Origin: Candidatus Obscuribacteraceae bacterium
Lineage (GTDB): Bacteria > Cyanobacteriota > Vampirovibrionia > Obscuribacterales > Obscuribacteraceae
Assembly: GCA_044226015.1 (NCBI GenBank)
Contig: JBGAHS010000002.1
Span: 288,001 to 352,000 of the forward strand
DNA: 64,000 bases
Direction of reading: 5' to 3'
Part shown: piece after piece, positions 47,946 through 57,844 of the stretch
Layout of the letters: the number at the start of each line of letters is the position of its first letter
Position numbering within the stretch: position 1 is the stretch's first letter
Program-made: the position numbers and the translations under genes
The notes under the pieces: generated by a model
Databases searched by the model: none
Seen by the model: the letters and a program-made list of their open reading frames with translations, nothing else
Told to the model about the DNA's origin: nothing

Positions 47946-49013
47946 TTAGTATTTACCCATGCCCTGGAGCAATTTTTGTACTCTCAGTGCTTCTTTGGAT
48001 TCCTCATATGGGTTTGAAAAAACTAGACTTGTTTTGTCTGATTCTGCATCGGGAAGTTTTTTGATGAAATCATCCTTCACCATAGAGGATTTCTTTTTCT
48101 CGCTGATAGCTTCGGCTTCCTTCTTTTTCTCGACGATTGCCTCTGCGTCTTTCATTTTCTCGGCAATGCCGGCTGCGTCCTTCTTCTCTACAGCAGCATC
48201 AGCATCCTTCTTCTTTTCGATGACGGCTTCTGCAGCATTCTTTTTCTCTAACACAGCTGCTGCATCTTTCTTTTCACCACCATCTGCAGCTTTCTCTTTC
48301 TTGATTCGCGCAGTTTCGTCCTTTTCAAACCATGGTTTGACACCGCCATCTTCTTTCACAACTTTTCCAGAATCTTGCTGGGTGCCTTGAGAGTCGCCCA
48401 GTGGTTTCTTTATCATGCTTTCTGGCTTGCCCAGTTCTGGTTTAGTGCCGGCAGCTTCTGGTTTTCCATCAAGCAAGGCTGCCTTTTTCTCTTTCATAAG
48501 TTGCAACTTGTCTTTGGCAGAACCCTCGTCATTCAAATTGTCTTTGCCTTTTCCACCATTGCTTTCCGAGAACTTGTCTTTTAGAACACTGGACCCCATC
48601 TCACTAGCTTGTCCATCATAGCTATCTAACCCAACCTTATCTTTTGGTCCGCCGTCGCGTGGAATCTTTGTACCAGCCTCATCTTTTGGTCCACCGTCGC
48701 GTGGAATCTTTGTACCAGCCTCATCTTTTGGTCCACCATCGCGTGGGATCTTTGGCTTAGGCTCGCCTGCATGCGCCTCGTGTGATCCGGATTCAGGAAG
48801 GTTTGCTTCATGCTCAGCGGCTCGCGCTCCTCCGCACTTTCCTTCACCGATAGTAAGCTGTGGCAACATAGCAGCAGAATTTGCACCATCACTGAGTCCC
48901 AACTCATGAGAAGAGACGCCACACTTAGTAATTGAGTTCAAGTTCAGGTTTTCGTTCAATGCACCAGATGCGGTGGCTTGTTCAACGTTGCGTTCCATTC
49001 TTTCGTTATCCAT
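47946..49013 (-). CDS. Low-complexity Lys/Glu/Asp-rich hypothetical protein
   Basis: Strong RBS (GGGAGAG); LPQLTIG leader motif; KIPRDGGPKDEAGT repeats and EKK(D/N)A repeats. Confidence 0.8.
   Translation of the reverse strand: MDNERMERNVEQATASGALNENLNLNSITKCGVSSHELGLSDGANSAAMLPQLTIGEGKCGGARAAEHEANLPESGSHEAHAGEPKPKIPRDGGPKDEAGTKIPRDGGPKDEAGTKIPRDGGPKDKVGLDSYDGQASEMGSSVLKDKFSESNGGKGKDNLNDEGSAKDKLQLMKEKKAALLDGKPEAAGTKPELGKPESMIKKPLGDSQGTQQDSGKVVKEDGGVKPWFEKDETARIKKEKAADGGEKKDAAAVLEKKNAAEAVIEKKKDADAAVEKKDAAGIAEKMKDAEAIVEKKKEAEAISEKKKSSMVKDDFIKKLPDAESDKTSLVFSNPYEESKEALRVQKLLQGMGKY
48639..48752 (-). repeat. 42-bp coding tandem repeat, about 2.7 copies
   Basis: Encodes KIPRDGGPKDEAGT twice plus KIPRDGGPKD. 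Confidence 0.9.
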
Positions 49014-49098
49014 GATTTTGCTCTCCCTTCCTTAATGACCCGGACAAGTGAAGAGTATTTTTTGCTGGTTAAGAAATCGTGGCAATCAAAAAAAACGT

Positions 49099-51030
49099 TC
49101 AATTTTTCTTTTTGGCGACCTCTGTTAGCCGCGCAATTTCCATGTTGTAGTATTCCAACTCAGGACCAAAGGAGGCTCCACCGGTGTGCTCAAGTGCCAT
49201 ACGGCGCAGGTGCCCAAAGGTCTCGATGGCAGCCTCATATTTTCCCTGCTTTTCCTGAACCTCAGCAAGTCCCTTTAATCCAGTGGCATAAGAAGGCACA
49301 GCTGGATTGAAGCCTCTATTCGCCTCTATATAATAATACTCTGCATCCTGGTAAAGCCCACGCTCCTGGCAAATAGAGGCAAGCGTGGCAATCAGTTGCG
49401 CATACTCCACCAGCAGTGTTTTCTGGAAAGACTGAATCCTGGTATACAATTTCTTACACGCAGCTTTAAGCTCAGAATCAGACAGTGTGGAAGACTTTAT
49501 GGCTAGCTCAATCGTTTGAACATACAAGAGCTGAAAACTTTCAGACTTCTGATCTCCAAAACTATTTCGAGCAAGCTGCAAAACTTCATCGCTGCGCTCT
49601 TTGTCTGCTGATTTTGAAAACATCCAGGCAGATTTGCAAAGAGTTGATGTAGTTGAGCGCTTAAATGCCGGTTGAATCATAGCCTCCAGCAATAAGAGCT
49701 CGCCCTGATTGTAGTAGTTTTTCTTCAAGTGTTCTTGTTCGGTTGCTCTGTTTATCAGTTTTATGGACTGAACTGGAGTGACAGGGTCAATTTTAAAATA
49801 GACCTCCGCGAGCCCAGCGAGCTTCTTCATCGCGAGAAACTCACGAGAGAAGTAGGCAGCATGGTCTCGTGGTGACTGTATCTCTCTGACAAGCAGATCT
49901 TGCGCAAGCTCATATTGATTGCGAACATACACGGCATTTTTTTCCATGCCTTTGCTTAATACACATTTTCGATCAAAATCACGCAACAATCTGTCAGCGG
50001 GGCTCGAAAGAGCGCCAAGTTTTGCCGACACATCTTGCTTGTTTCTATATTGCAAGAAAGCAAAAACACCTATGCTTGTGAGGGCTAAGAAGACAATCAA
50101 CACCAGATGGTGCCTGCTTTTCTCTTTGGGAACACTCAACGCTGTCACTTCGCGCGCATCAAACTCTTGTGTTGCCCCCTGCAGGCATTTCTCTAACGCT
50201 TCAGAAAACTGCGACATTGAACGATAACGCTTCTCGGGTTCTTTCTCCAGCGCTTTCAACACCACGGCGTCTATACTTTTCGGGAGATCTGCAGCCTGCG
50301 CCTTTTTCGAAATCAGCTCAGGTTGCTCTTTTTCATGCTTACGGATTAGACTGACAAACTCTGTAGAATTAAAAGGTGGACTGCCTGTGAGCATTTCATA
50401 AATAATACAACCCAGCGCATAAATATCAGCGGCTTCGTCACAAGCCACCCCCTTGCATTGCTCTGGGCTCATATATTGTGGCGTTCCGATCAGAGCACCA
50501 GTTGAAGTAATGGTTGAGCCAATACTCAAGCTCAAAGCTTTAGCTAAACCAAAGTCCAAGACTTTGACGAAATCGTCGCCGTCTTTTGATAACATCAAAT
50601 TGCGAGGTTTAAGATCACGATGAACCACACCTTTCTCATGCACATATTGCATTGAGCTTGCAATCTGGACAGCAATGTTCAAGGCTCGCTTCCAGGGCAT
50701 GCCACCAGTTTTCTTTATCTCGTCATTGAGAGAAACCCCATCGACAAATTCAAAAACGAGATAGGGAACATCGTCGACAAGCAATCCTGAAGAAAACAGC
50801 TTAGGCAGGTGGCGGTTGGAAAGCTGAGAAAGAATCTGTGCTTCTCTCTCGAACCGCACGCGAGAATCTTCATCGCTAAGCATAAAAAGGTGTAGGACCT
50901 TAATGGCAACCTTTCTGTTCAATTCCTGGTCGTTAGCCAAATAAACAACAGCCATGCCACCCGAGCCGAGCTCTTGCAAAATCTCAAATCTTTTTTTTAG
51001 CACCGTACCCGGCTGAAGTGCTTTCATCAA
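49099..51030 (-). CDS. Membrane Ser/Thr protein kinase (Hanks type) with C-terminal TPR-like region
   Basis: GSGGMAVVY, VAIK, HRDLKPRN, DFG, GTPQYMSPEQ, DIYALG; one TM helix; TPR-like tail. Confidence 0.95.
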   Translation of the reverse strand: MMKALQPGTVLKKRFEILQELGSGGMAVVYLANDQELNRKVAIKVLHLFMLSDEDSRVRFEREAQILSQLSNRHLPKLFSSGLLVDDVPYLVFEFVDGVSLNDEIKKTGGMPWKRALNIAVQIASSMQYVHEKGVVHRDLKPRNLMLSKDGDDFVKVLDFGLAKALSLSIGSTITSTGALIGTPQYMSPEQCKGVACDEAADIYALGCIIYEMLTGSPPFNSTEFVSLIRKHEKEQPELISKKAQAADLPKSIDAVVLKALEKEPEKRYRSMSQFSEALEKCLQGATQEFDAREVTALSVPKEKSRHHLVLIVFLALTSIGVFAFLQYRNKQDVSAKLGALSSPADRLLRDFDRKCVLSKGMEKNAVYVRNQYELAQDLLVREIQSPRDHAAYFSREFLAMKKLAGLAEVYFKIDPVTPVQSIKLINRATEQEHLKKNYYNQGELLLLEAMIQPAFKRSTTSTLCKSAWMFSKSADKERSDEVLQLARNSFGDQKSESFQLLYVQTIELAIKSSTLSDSELKAACKKLYTRIQSFQKTLLVEYAQLIATLASICQERGLYQDAEYYYIEANRGFNPAVPSYATGLKGLAEVQEKQGKYEAAIETFGHLRRMALEHTGGASFGPELEYYNMEIARLTEVAKKKN

Positions 51031-51230
51031 AAGAAACTTTCTAGCAGCCCACCTTCGCCTAGTCTAGCAGAAGTGGCAGATCAGTTTGATCTGTTCTACT
51101 TCGGACAGCTATTGAATTCAGCACTGCAAAAACGGAATTCAGCGCGGCAGAGCGCGGAGACTCCACCCGACAGAGCCTGAATTCAGTGCGACTGAAACGG
51201 AATTCGACTTTCACGTGGAACTATTGCTTA

Positions 51231-53123
51231 CTAGCGGCGATGTCGCTGATGAACTCGAACAGTGTGAGTTCTTATATAATTTCGCAACTGCTCCAGATCT
51301 CGCTGCTGCTCCTCATCGAATTTGGCACCTTGCTGCAGCTGATGCTCCCGTTCCTTTCCAATATCTCGAATCAATTCCCGCGCATCGCGAGGAGAGACTT
51401 CGCCTTTTTTCAACGCCTTCTCTACATCACGCACTCTTTCCATTGCCATCCTATCTCGAGTAGCGGCAAAGAGATCCGCGACACTCACTTCTTTTCCCTT
51501 GCCGCGATCGTGTTCATTACCAAGCTGATTATCAAATGTCACTTTACCTGGCTGACCATCTTTGCCCGGAGTATAACCAGTAACTGTGACCACGTGACCA
51601 TCAGACTCTGGTCCTCCAGGTTGATTGTCTTCTCCAGGAGGACCCATCATTTGATCAGGTCTTACACCATGCTTCAGAGCTTCCTTTTTCAACAACTCAT
51701 CTTCCCCAGGCAGACGCATTGCGTGCACAGAGAGAATTGCTGGAAGCTGATTCGTACGGGCCAATTCTGCTATTTTATTTTCGAAATCTTTTACATCCGA
51801 AAAAGCATTGCCTGATTTCGAATCGTGCTCACTCTGATGTGCGAGAAAAACCTGAGGCTCTTGTCGCCCAGTGAGCATTTTGTTGATAGCTACTAGATTT
51901 TCCAGGCTTGCAGCATGAATCGGATGGTCAGATCCAAGCTCAGCTTTTTCTTCTTGATTTAGCTTGCTTTTATCGCCGTGATAGAGGAGACGAGCACCAT
52001 TTTCACCTTGACGAAACTCAAATTTCGCCTCTGGCTTGCCCTCAGCGGCTGCCTTAGCATAGGGAAGATTCGCAGCAGTAACTTGGAAAATTTGCCCAGC
52101 GAATGAACGAACAGCATTTCCTCGCTGATTATTCTGCTGAGCTTCTCTGTCAGGACGCAAGCTCTCAGGATGCAGTTTTATGTTGGTACCGTCCGCAGTG
52201 GTATGTTGACCTGTGAGGGCCATATCAGCGACCAATTTAGCCGCCACTGCAGGCTCTCGAGTATATAATCGATTTTCAATTGTTGTTACGTTGCAGGTAT
52301 TGTTTTTTCCCTGGTCAGAGGAAGTTGGCTCGGCTGCCTTAGCAAGGACTTGCTCAGCAAGGCGAATTCGGTTTCTCTCACCTTGTACGCCAGATTGCTG
52401 CGTTCCCTTTGATTCAAGCAATCGAGTAATCTGGGCGTAGGTCTCTTTAATTTGCTCAGGTGCCACGTTCTGCTCTTTGGCGCGTCTTTCGAACTGCGAA
52501 ATATCATTTTCGAATTGCTTCATTTCGCGAGCTGTGTTTGGCCGACCAGCATCGGGTATTCTAGTTCTGGCCAAATCAAGGAGTTTTTGACCTTCCGGAC
52601 TGATGTCCTTCGCAGGGTCGGCACTATCACGGGGCTGAGCGGCTTTATCGCTTTCTGATTTAGCTGGCTCTACTTTTGCTTCAGCATCATCTTTCCTGCC
52701 CGGCTCTACTTTTGCTCCAGCATCATCCTTTTTGCCCGGCTCCACTTTTGCTTCAGCATCATCTTTCCTGCCCGGCTCCACTTTTGCTTCAGCATCATCT
52801 TTCTTGCCTGGCTCTACTTTTGCTCCAGCATCATCCTTTTTGCCAGGCTCCACTTTTGCTTCAGCATCATCCTTTTTGCCTGGCTCTACTTTTGCTCCGG
52901 CATCATCCTTTTTGCCTGGCTCTACTTTTGGACTGGTATCACCAACGAGTTTCAGGTCTGGTAGGGCCCCCTCTGATACAAGCGAACGAGTATCACGCTC
53001 TCGTACCTGCGTTTCTTTAGACTGGTCATTGCTTTTTAGTAAATCAATCGCGTCAACTGAACGGTCGGACGCACGACCTTCCTCGGAAGTCTGTTCGACT
53101 TCCTTATTAGTTTTTTCAACCAT
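51231..53123 (-). CDS. Orphan protein with 12-aa tandem repeats and putative papain-like cysteine protease domain
   Basis: Start ATG 53123 (AGGGA RBS); DQGKNNTC, GHVVTVTGY and DNQLG motifs. Confidence 0.7.
   Translation of the reverse strand: MVEKTNKEVEQTSEEGRASDRSVDAIDLLKSNDQSKETQVRERDTRSLVSEGALPDLKLVGDTSPKVEPGKKDDAGAKVEPGKKDDAEAKVEPGKKDDAGAKVEPGKKDDAEAKVEPGRKDDAEAKVEPGKKDDAGAKVEPGRKDDAEAKVEPAKSESDKAAQPRDSADPAKDISPEGQKLLDLARTRIPDAGRPNTAREMKQFENDISQFERRAKEQNVAPEQIKETYAQITRLLESKGTQQSGVQGERNRIRLAEQVLAKAAEPTSSDQGKNNTCNVTTIENRLYTREPAVAAKLVADMALTGQHTTADGTNIKLHPESLRPDREAQQNNQRGNAVRSFAGQIFQVTAANLPYAKAAAEGKPEAKFEFRQGENGARLLYHGDKSKLNQEEKAELGSDHPIHAASLENLVAINKMLTGRQEPQVFLAHQSEHDSKSGNAFSDVKDFENKIAELARTNQLPAILSVHAMRLPGEDELLKKEALKHGVRPDQMMGPPGEDNQPGGPESDGHVVTVTGYTPGKDGQPGKVTFDNQLGNEHDRGKGKEVSVADLFAATRDRMAMERVRDVEKALKKGEVSPRDARELIRDIGKEREHQLQQGAKFDEEQQRDLEQLRNYIRTHTVRVHQRHRR
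52665..52928 (-). repeat. 36-bp coding tandem repeat, 7 full copies plus a partial copy
   Basis: Encodes KVEPG(K/R)KDDA(G/E)A. Confidence 0.95.
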
Positions 53124-53297
53124 ACCAATATCCCTGCAACCTTCTTTAGATAAAACTAAGAAATCAAGGTAAAAAATACGTGGAATTACACAGTGAAAAT
53201 TTAAGTCAGCCACACTGCTTTCAGTTAGTAATGGAACTTTGCTGGTTTTAGAGTCCCATTTATATTCAGGAAAATCCAAAGAAATTTAGTAAGTACA

Positions 53298-56200
53298 CTA
53301 CTCAGGGTTCCCAAATCCCCCGCCCCCGGGAGTCTTGATCACCAGAACATCCCCCTGGTCGAGTTCAATCGTCTCCCTGAACGGAAGCACTTGAACTCGA
53401 TTGCCTTGACGGATAACTAAGTTTTCACCGGCTTGCCCTTCAGTTCCACCCGCGAGACCGTGAGGACAATGCAGCCGCCGATTTGAGAGTATGGACGCAG
53501 TCATTTTCTCTCGAAAAAGCAGCTGCCGTTCTGCACCGGCGCCGCCAACAAACCGGCCGCGCCCACCGCTCTCTGGACGAATCGAAAACGACTTAAGCAA
53601 TACAGGAAATTCAGATTCAAGAACTTCGGGGTCAGTTAGGCGCGAATTCGTCATGTTGGAATGTACAGGTCCCGAACCATCGAAACCATTCCCCGCGCCG
53701 GTTCCACCACAAATTGTCTCGTAGTATTGATATTTTGTGTTTCCGAAGGATAGGTTGTTCATTGTTCCTTGCGACGCCGCCATGATCCCGAGTGCGCCAT
53801 AAAGCACATCAACTATGACCTGAGAGGTTTCAACATTTCCCGCTACAACGGGGGCGGGATAAGATGGATTGAGCAAAGAAGATTCAGGGACTTTAAGAGT
53901 CAACGGACGAAAGCAACCAGCATTTAATGGAATATCGTCATCAACCAGAGTTCGAAACACATACAGCACCGCAGCCTTACAAACCGCAAGAGGCGCATTG
54001 AAATTGGTTTTTGCCTGAGAAGATGTTCCGGCAAAATCAATCAAAGCTTCTCGCTTTTTGCTGTCGATTTCAATTGCAACTTTTATTACACTGCCATCAT
54101 CCATGGTGCAAGCAAAAGATCCAGATTTCAACTTTGAGATAGCTCGTCGAACACTCTCCTCGGCGTTGTCCTGGACAAACTGCATATACGCTATAACGTG
54201 CTTTTCGCCCCAGCGCTCAATCAGCTCTTTTAGCTGATTGATTCCACGAACATTTGCCGCCACTTGAGCCTTTAGATCCGCAAGATTCTGCGAAACATTT
54301 CGGGCGGGGAAAGGTCCTGAGCTAAGGTGTTCTTTGATTTGCTCCTCTAATATTTGAGAATTGCGCATAACCAGCATATGTTGAAACAGAATGCCCTCTT
54401 CTTCAATTGAGGTACTATTCGCAGGCATCGAGCCGGGGCTAATTCCGCCGATATCAGCATGGTGACCACGAGAAGCAACAAAAAACAGAATGCGTTGACC
54501 GCTCTCATCGAACGCCGGACTGACAATGGTCAAATCAGGAAGGTGGGTGCCACCATTATATGGATCATTAATCGCATATGCATCACCCGCTTGCAGACTG
54601 CCAGCTTTTGCAGCAATCAAACTTTTTACAGACTCACCCATTGACCCCAGATGGACAGGAATGTGCGGGGCATTCGCTACTAAATTTCCTTCGGCATCAA
54701 AAATAGCGCACGAAAAATCCAAGCGCTCTTTGATATTCACTGATTGGCTGGTGTTCTGCAAAGTCAAACCCATTTGTTCTGCGACGAAACTAAACAGGTT
54801 GTTGAACAGTTCTAATGTAATGGGATCAGCCTTCAGATCAGCCAGAGCGGCAGTCGCATCAACAGCAACGGAGTTGTTGTGCACCTTTTCCAAAAGCAGC
54901 GAGCCGTCTTCCAGCTTGCGAACAGACCATGATCTTTCGACCACAGTAGCAGTATTCGACTCCACGACTAGCAAAGGTCCATAAATTGGGTCGCTGCCAA
55001 TTTTGTGCCTATGAAGCACAGCTGTCTTGTGCCAGCCGGCGTGGCGCTCATTCCCTCCGTTGCCATCACTCTCTGCGCTGCCAGCACTCCCTGCGCTATC
55101 ACTTTCTGTGCTGCCAACAAATAAATCGACACTGGTGCTCCCGCTCTGCAATTGTTCACCAGCATCCTCAACACAGGAAAGCTGATTGGTCTCAATCTCC
55201 TCCCCTTCAACAAAGACACTGAGGCTACTTAGCACCAGGTGGCGGTTGCTATCATCAAAGCCATATCGAGCTAGATGTCGACGTGAGAAATCCGCGGCAA
55301 GTTCTGCAAAGTTTTCATTAAATGGAACCGAAAGAGTGAAATCGCTTCCCTGGCGTTTCAGTTGAGCCACAACTCTGCGGCGTTGCTTGGAAGGGGAAAC
55401 CCCTTTGGAGGCAAGCAGTTCTTTTAGTTCATTGCTGGCAGATTTAAGACGCTCTTGCAATTCAGGGGGATGAATTTTTGCAATGGACTCATTAAAATCA
55501 AGTTCGCGCACAAGCCTGATTTCTGCCAAACCTATGCCGAAAGCTGAGAGAACTGCCGCCAGTGGATGGATCAAGACGCGTTCCACCCCGAGTTCATCAG
55601 CGATCAGACATGCGTGTTGAGCACCTGCCCCACCGAAGCAAACCAGGGCGCAATCCTTGATATTATGACCTCGTTGCACCGATACATGTTTTATCGCGTT
55701 TGCCATTTTAGATACAGCAATCTTGATGAATCCGTAGGCAATGTCTTCTGGTTTGTGGTCAGTTCCCAGCGTATCATTTACGCGGGAGCACAATTCCGCA
55801 AAAGCAGTTTCGACAGCTTTTAGATTCAGGCTTTCGTTTTGCTGGGGACCAAAGCAGCTCGGAAAATACTCCGGTTGAATGCGTCCCAACAAGAGATTTG
55901 CGTCAGTGAGCGCGAGCGGTCCACTTCTTCCATAGCTCAAGGGACCAGGAACAGCGCCAGCAGAATCGGGTCCGACCCTAAATCGAGAGCCGTCAAAGTG
56001 AAGGATACTGCCACCACCCGCGGCGACAGTATGAATATCCATCATAGGCGCACGAATTCGCATTCCAGCAAGCTCGACATCATACACATGTTCAATTTCA
56101 CCGGCGAAGTAAGCTACATCAGTGGAAGTGCCGCCCATGTCGAAGCTAATGATGCGCTCGAATCCGCAGTTCTTCGCAGCTTTGATAGCGCCTACCATGC

Positions 56201-56993
56201 CGCCTGCTGGACCAGACAAGATGGAGTCTTTTCCTTTGAACAAAGAAGATTCGACCAGACCGCCGTTTGATTGCATATAATGCAATCTGTTGTCCTGATT
56301 TGACGCACTGCTGAATTCTTTAAGACGCGCTTCGAGTTCTTTCGTGTAGGCATTCAAAAGAGGTGTGAGATAGGCATCGACCATAGTAGTGTCGCTTCGA
56401 CTAACATACTTCATCAAAGCCGCGCATTCATGCGACACTGAAATTTGCTTGAATTCTAGCTGCTGGGCAATCTCTTTTGCAAGAATCTCGTGTTGAGGAA
56501 ACTTGTAGCCATGCATCAGAGCAATCGCGCAAGAATCAATGCCCTTGTCACGCGCATTCTTTAGCTTATGGCGCAGTCCTTCGAGATCAGGCTTCCTCAG
56601 AATCTCACCACTTGCATCAATTCTTTCGTCGAATTCGAGGACTGATTCGTAGAGCATTTGAGGCAACTTAACATCTAGCGCAAAAATGTCGGGTCTATTT
56701 TGATAGCCAATTCGTACTGCATCAGCAAAACCGCCGGTGCACACGAATACAATTCGTGCCCCCTTTCTCTCCAGAAGGGCATTGGTTCCAATTGTAGTAC
56801 CCATGCGAAGTGCTGCTAACCGTGAGGAATCAGACCCATACTTTTGCAGCAACTCCCGCATTCCATCAATGGCGGCATTTGCTGATTCCGAGAGTTTTTT
56901 CGTAGCATACAGACGTCCGTCAGGCGAGTGACCGATTATGTCAGTGAATGTGCCGCCTCTATCAATCCAAAAGTTCCAACCTGCTCTGTCCAC
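53298..56993 (-). CDS. oplA: ATP-dependent 5-oxoprolinase (fused hydantoinase A/B)
   Basis: IDRGGTFTD, GTTIGTNALLERKG, SGPAGG, DMGGTSTD, NIKERLDFSCA, HIPVHLGSM, GGTHLPD, TPGGGG. Confidence 0.93.
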   Translation of the reverse strand: MDRAGWNFWIDRGGTFTDIIGHSPDGRLYATKKLSESANAAIDGMRELLQKYGSDSSRLAALRMGTTIGTNALLERKGARIVFVCTGGFADAVRIGYQNRPDIFALDVKLPQMLYESVLEFDERIDASGEILRKPDLEGLRHKLKNARDKGIDSCAIALMHGYKFPQHEILAKEIAQQLEFKQISVSHECAALMKYVSRSDTTMVDAYLTPLLNAYTKELEARLKEFSSASNQDNRLHYMQSNGGLVESSLFKGKDSILSGPAGGMVGAIKAAKNCGFERIISFDMGGTSTDVAYFAGEIEHVYDVELAGMRIRAPMMDIHTVAAGGGSILHFDGSRFRVGPDSAGAVPGPLSYGRSGPLALTDANLLLGRIQPEYFPSCFGPQQNESLNLKAVETAFAELCSRVNDTLGTDHKPEDIAYGFIKIAVSKMANAIKHVSVQRGHNIKDCALVCFGGAGAQHACLIADELGVERVLIHPLAAVLSAFGIGLAEIRLVRELDFNESIAKIHPPELQERLKSASNELKELLASKGVSPSKQRRRVVAQLKRQGSDFTLSVPFNENFAELAADFSRRHLARYGFDDSNRHLVLSSLSVFVEGEEIETNQLSCVEDAGEQLQSGSTSVDLFVGSTESDSAGSAGSAESDGNGGNERHAGWHKTAVLHRHKIGSDPIYGPLLVVESNTATVVERSWSVRKLEDGSLLLEKVHNNSVAVDATAALADLKADPITLELFNNLFSFVAEQMGLTLQNTSQSVNIKERLDFSCAIFDAEGNLVANAPHIPVHLGSMGESVKSLIAAKAGSLQAGDAYAINDPYNGGTHLPDLTIVSPAFDESGQRILFFVASRGHHADIGGISPGSMPANSTSIEEEGILFQHMLVMRNSQILEEQIKEHLSSGPFPARNVSQNLADLKAQVAANVRGINQLKELIERWGEKHVIAYMQFVQDNAEESVRRAISKLKSGSFACTMDDGSVIKVAIEIDSKKREALIDFAGTSSQAKTNFNAPLAVCKAAVLYVFRTLVDDDIPLNAGCFRPLTLKVPESSLLNPSYPAPVVAGNVETSQVIVDVLYGALGIMAASQGTMNNLSFGNTKYQYYETICGGTGAGNGFDGSGPVHSNMTNSRLTDPEVLESEFPVLLKSFSIRPESGGRGRFVGGAGAERQLLFREKMTASILSNRRLHCPHGLAGGTEGQAGENLVIRQGNRVQVLPFRETIELDQGDVLVIKTPGGGGFGNPE

Positions 56994-57179
56994 AAGGCGC
57001 CTCGTTCAAATTCATTTTCAGTGGGCATAATATCGCATATCAGAGCATAGGTCGAAATACCGAGAAAGCGAATAGCATCGATGATAATGGAAATTGCCGG
57101 GAACACTATAATTACCAATTCGTCAAATTTCTACATAAGTACAAAATCGTATGTACGAAATGCAGAGAGGTTGCTTCCC

Positions 57180-57743
57180 ATGTCTCTAGCAAAATTTGTT
57201 TTGCCTGTTTTACTAACCAATCTATGTGGAGCAGGAATGTTTACAGCTGCTCTAGCCGACGATCTTTCAACGCCTCAAGCTGGCGGTGTAAGACAAGATA
57301 TATTTAGAATTAGACGCGGGGCGCCTGCTGCTCCGAGTTCCACGTTTTCAGCTCCGGTGGCACCTGCTGGCTCTTCTTCTTCACCGAAGCTTTTTGGAAC
57401 AATTCAAAAATCGAAGCTGCTACCAGCAAACAATCTTCAACCGATGGACGCATCGCCGGATCTGGTGCGCTCGAATGACTATGCCACGCCGGCGCCGCAA
57501 TTCACGATGGCTCCGATACCAGCGGCTGCAAGCACAACACAGAAGCAAAATTCCAAGTACGTTTGGGGACAGAGTGCTGCCGGAGGATATTTTGATGCTA
57601 GCGGGCAGACCAAAGAACTTGTAATGGGTGACCAGTTGTACAAATATGGCGGAACTTTCATGGATGGAACCGCTGTTCCAACAACCCCTGTTGTGTGCAA
57701 TTTCAAAGGTCATGTTTATAAACCTTACGTTGTGAAACGATAG
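57180..57743 (+). CDS. Exported hypothetical protein
   Basis: GAGAGG RBS, signal peptide ending AALA, Pro/Ala linker and a short aromatic-rich C-terminal domain. Confidence 0.65.
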   Translation: MSLAKFVLPVLLTNLCGAGMFTAALADDLSTPQAGGVRQDIFRIRRGAPAAPSSTFSAPVAPAGSSSSPKLFGTIQKSKLLPANNLQPMDASPDLVRSNDYATPAPQFTMAPIPAAASTTQKQNSKYVWGQSAAGGYFDASGQTKELVMGDQLYKYGGTFMDGTAVPTTPVVCNFKGHVYKPYVVKR

Positions 57744-57844
57744 AGTGTGCGACCGACGGCACCGAGTGCACCACATACGGTGCAGCAGGCGCATGTGAAA
57801 CAATACGCGTCCAGGCTGAGATTTATCTTCGTATTGAAGTCACC

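Noticed and set aside
52676..53172. Repetitive plus-strand ORFs (LLLQHH / PGSTFA)
   Set aside because: Antisense to the 36-bp coding repeat.
53124..53279. Longer start for the protease-like gene
   Set aside because: The segment is AT-rich and promoter-like; ATG 53123 has a better RBS.
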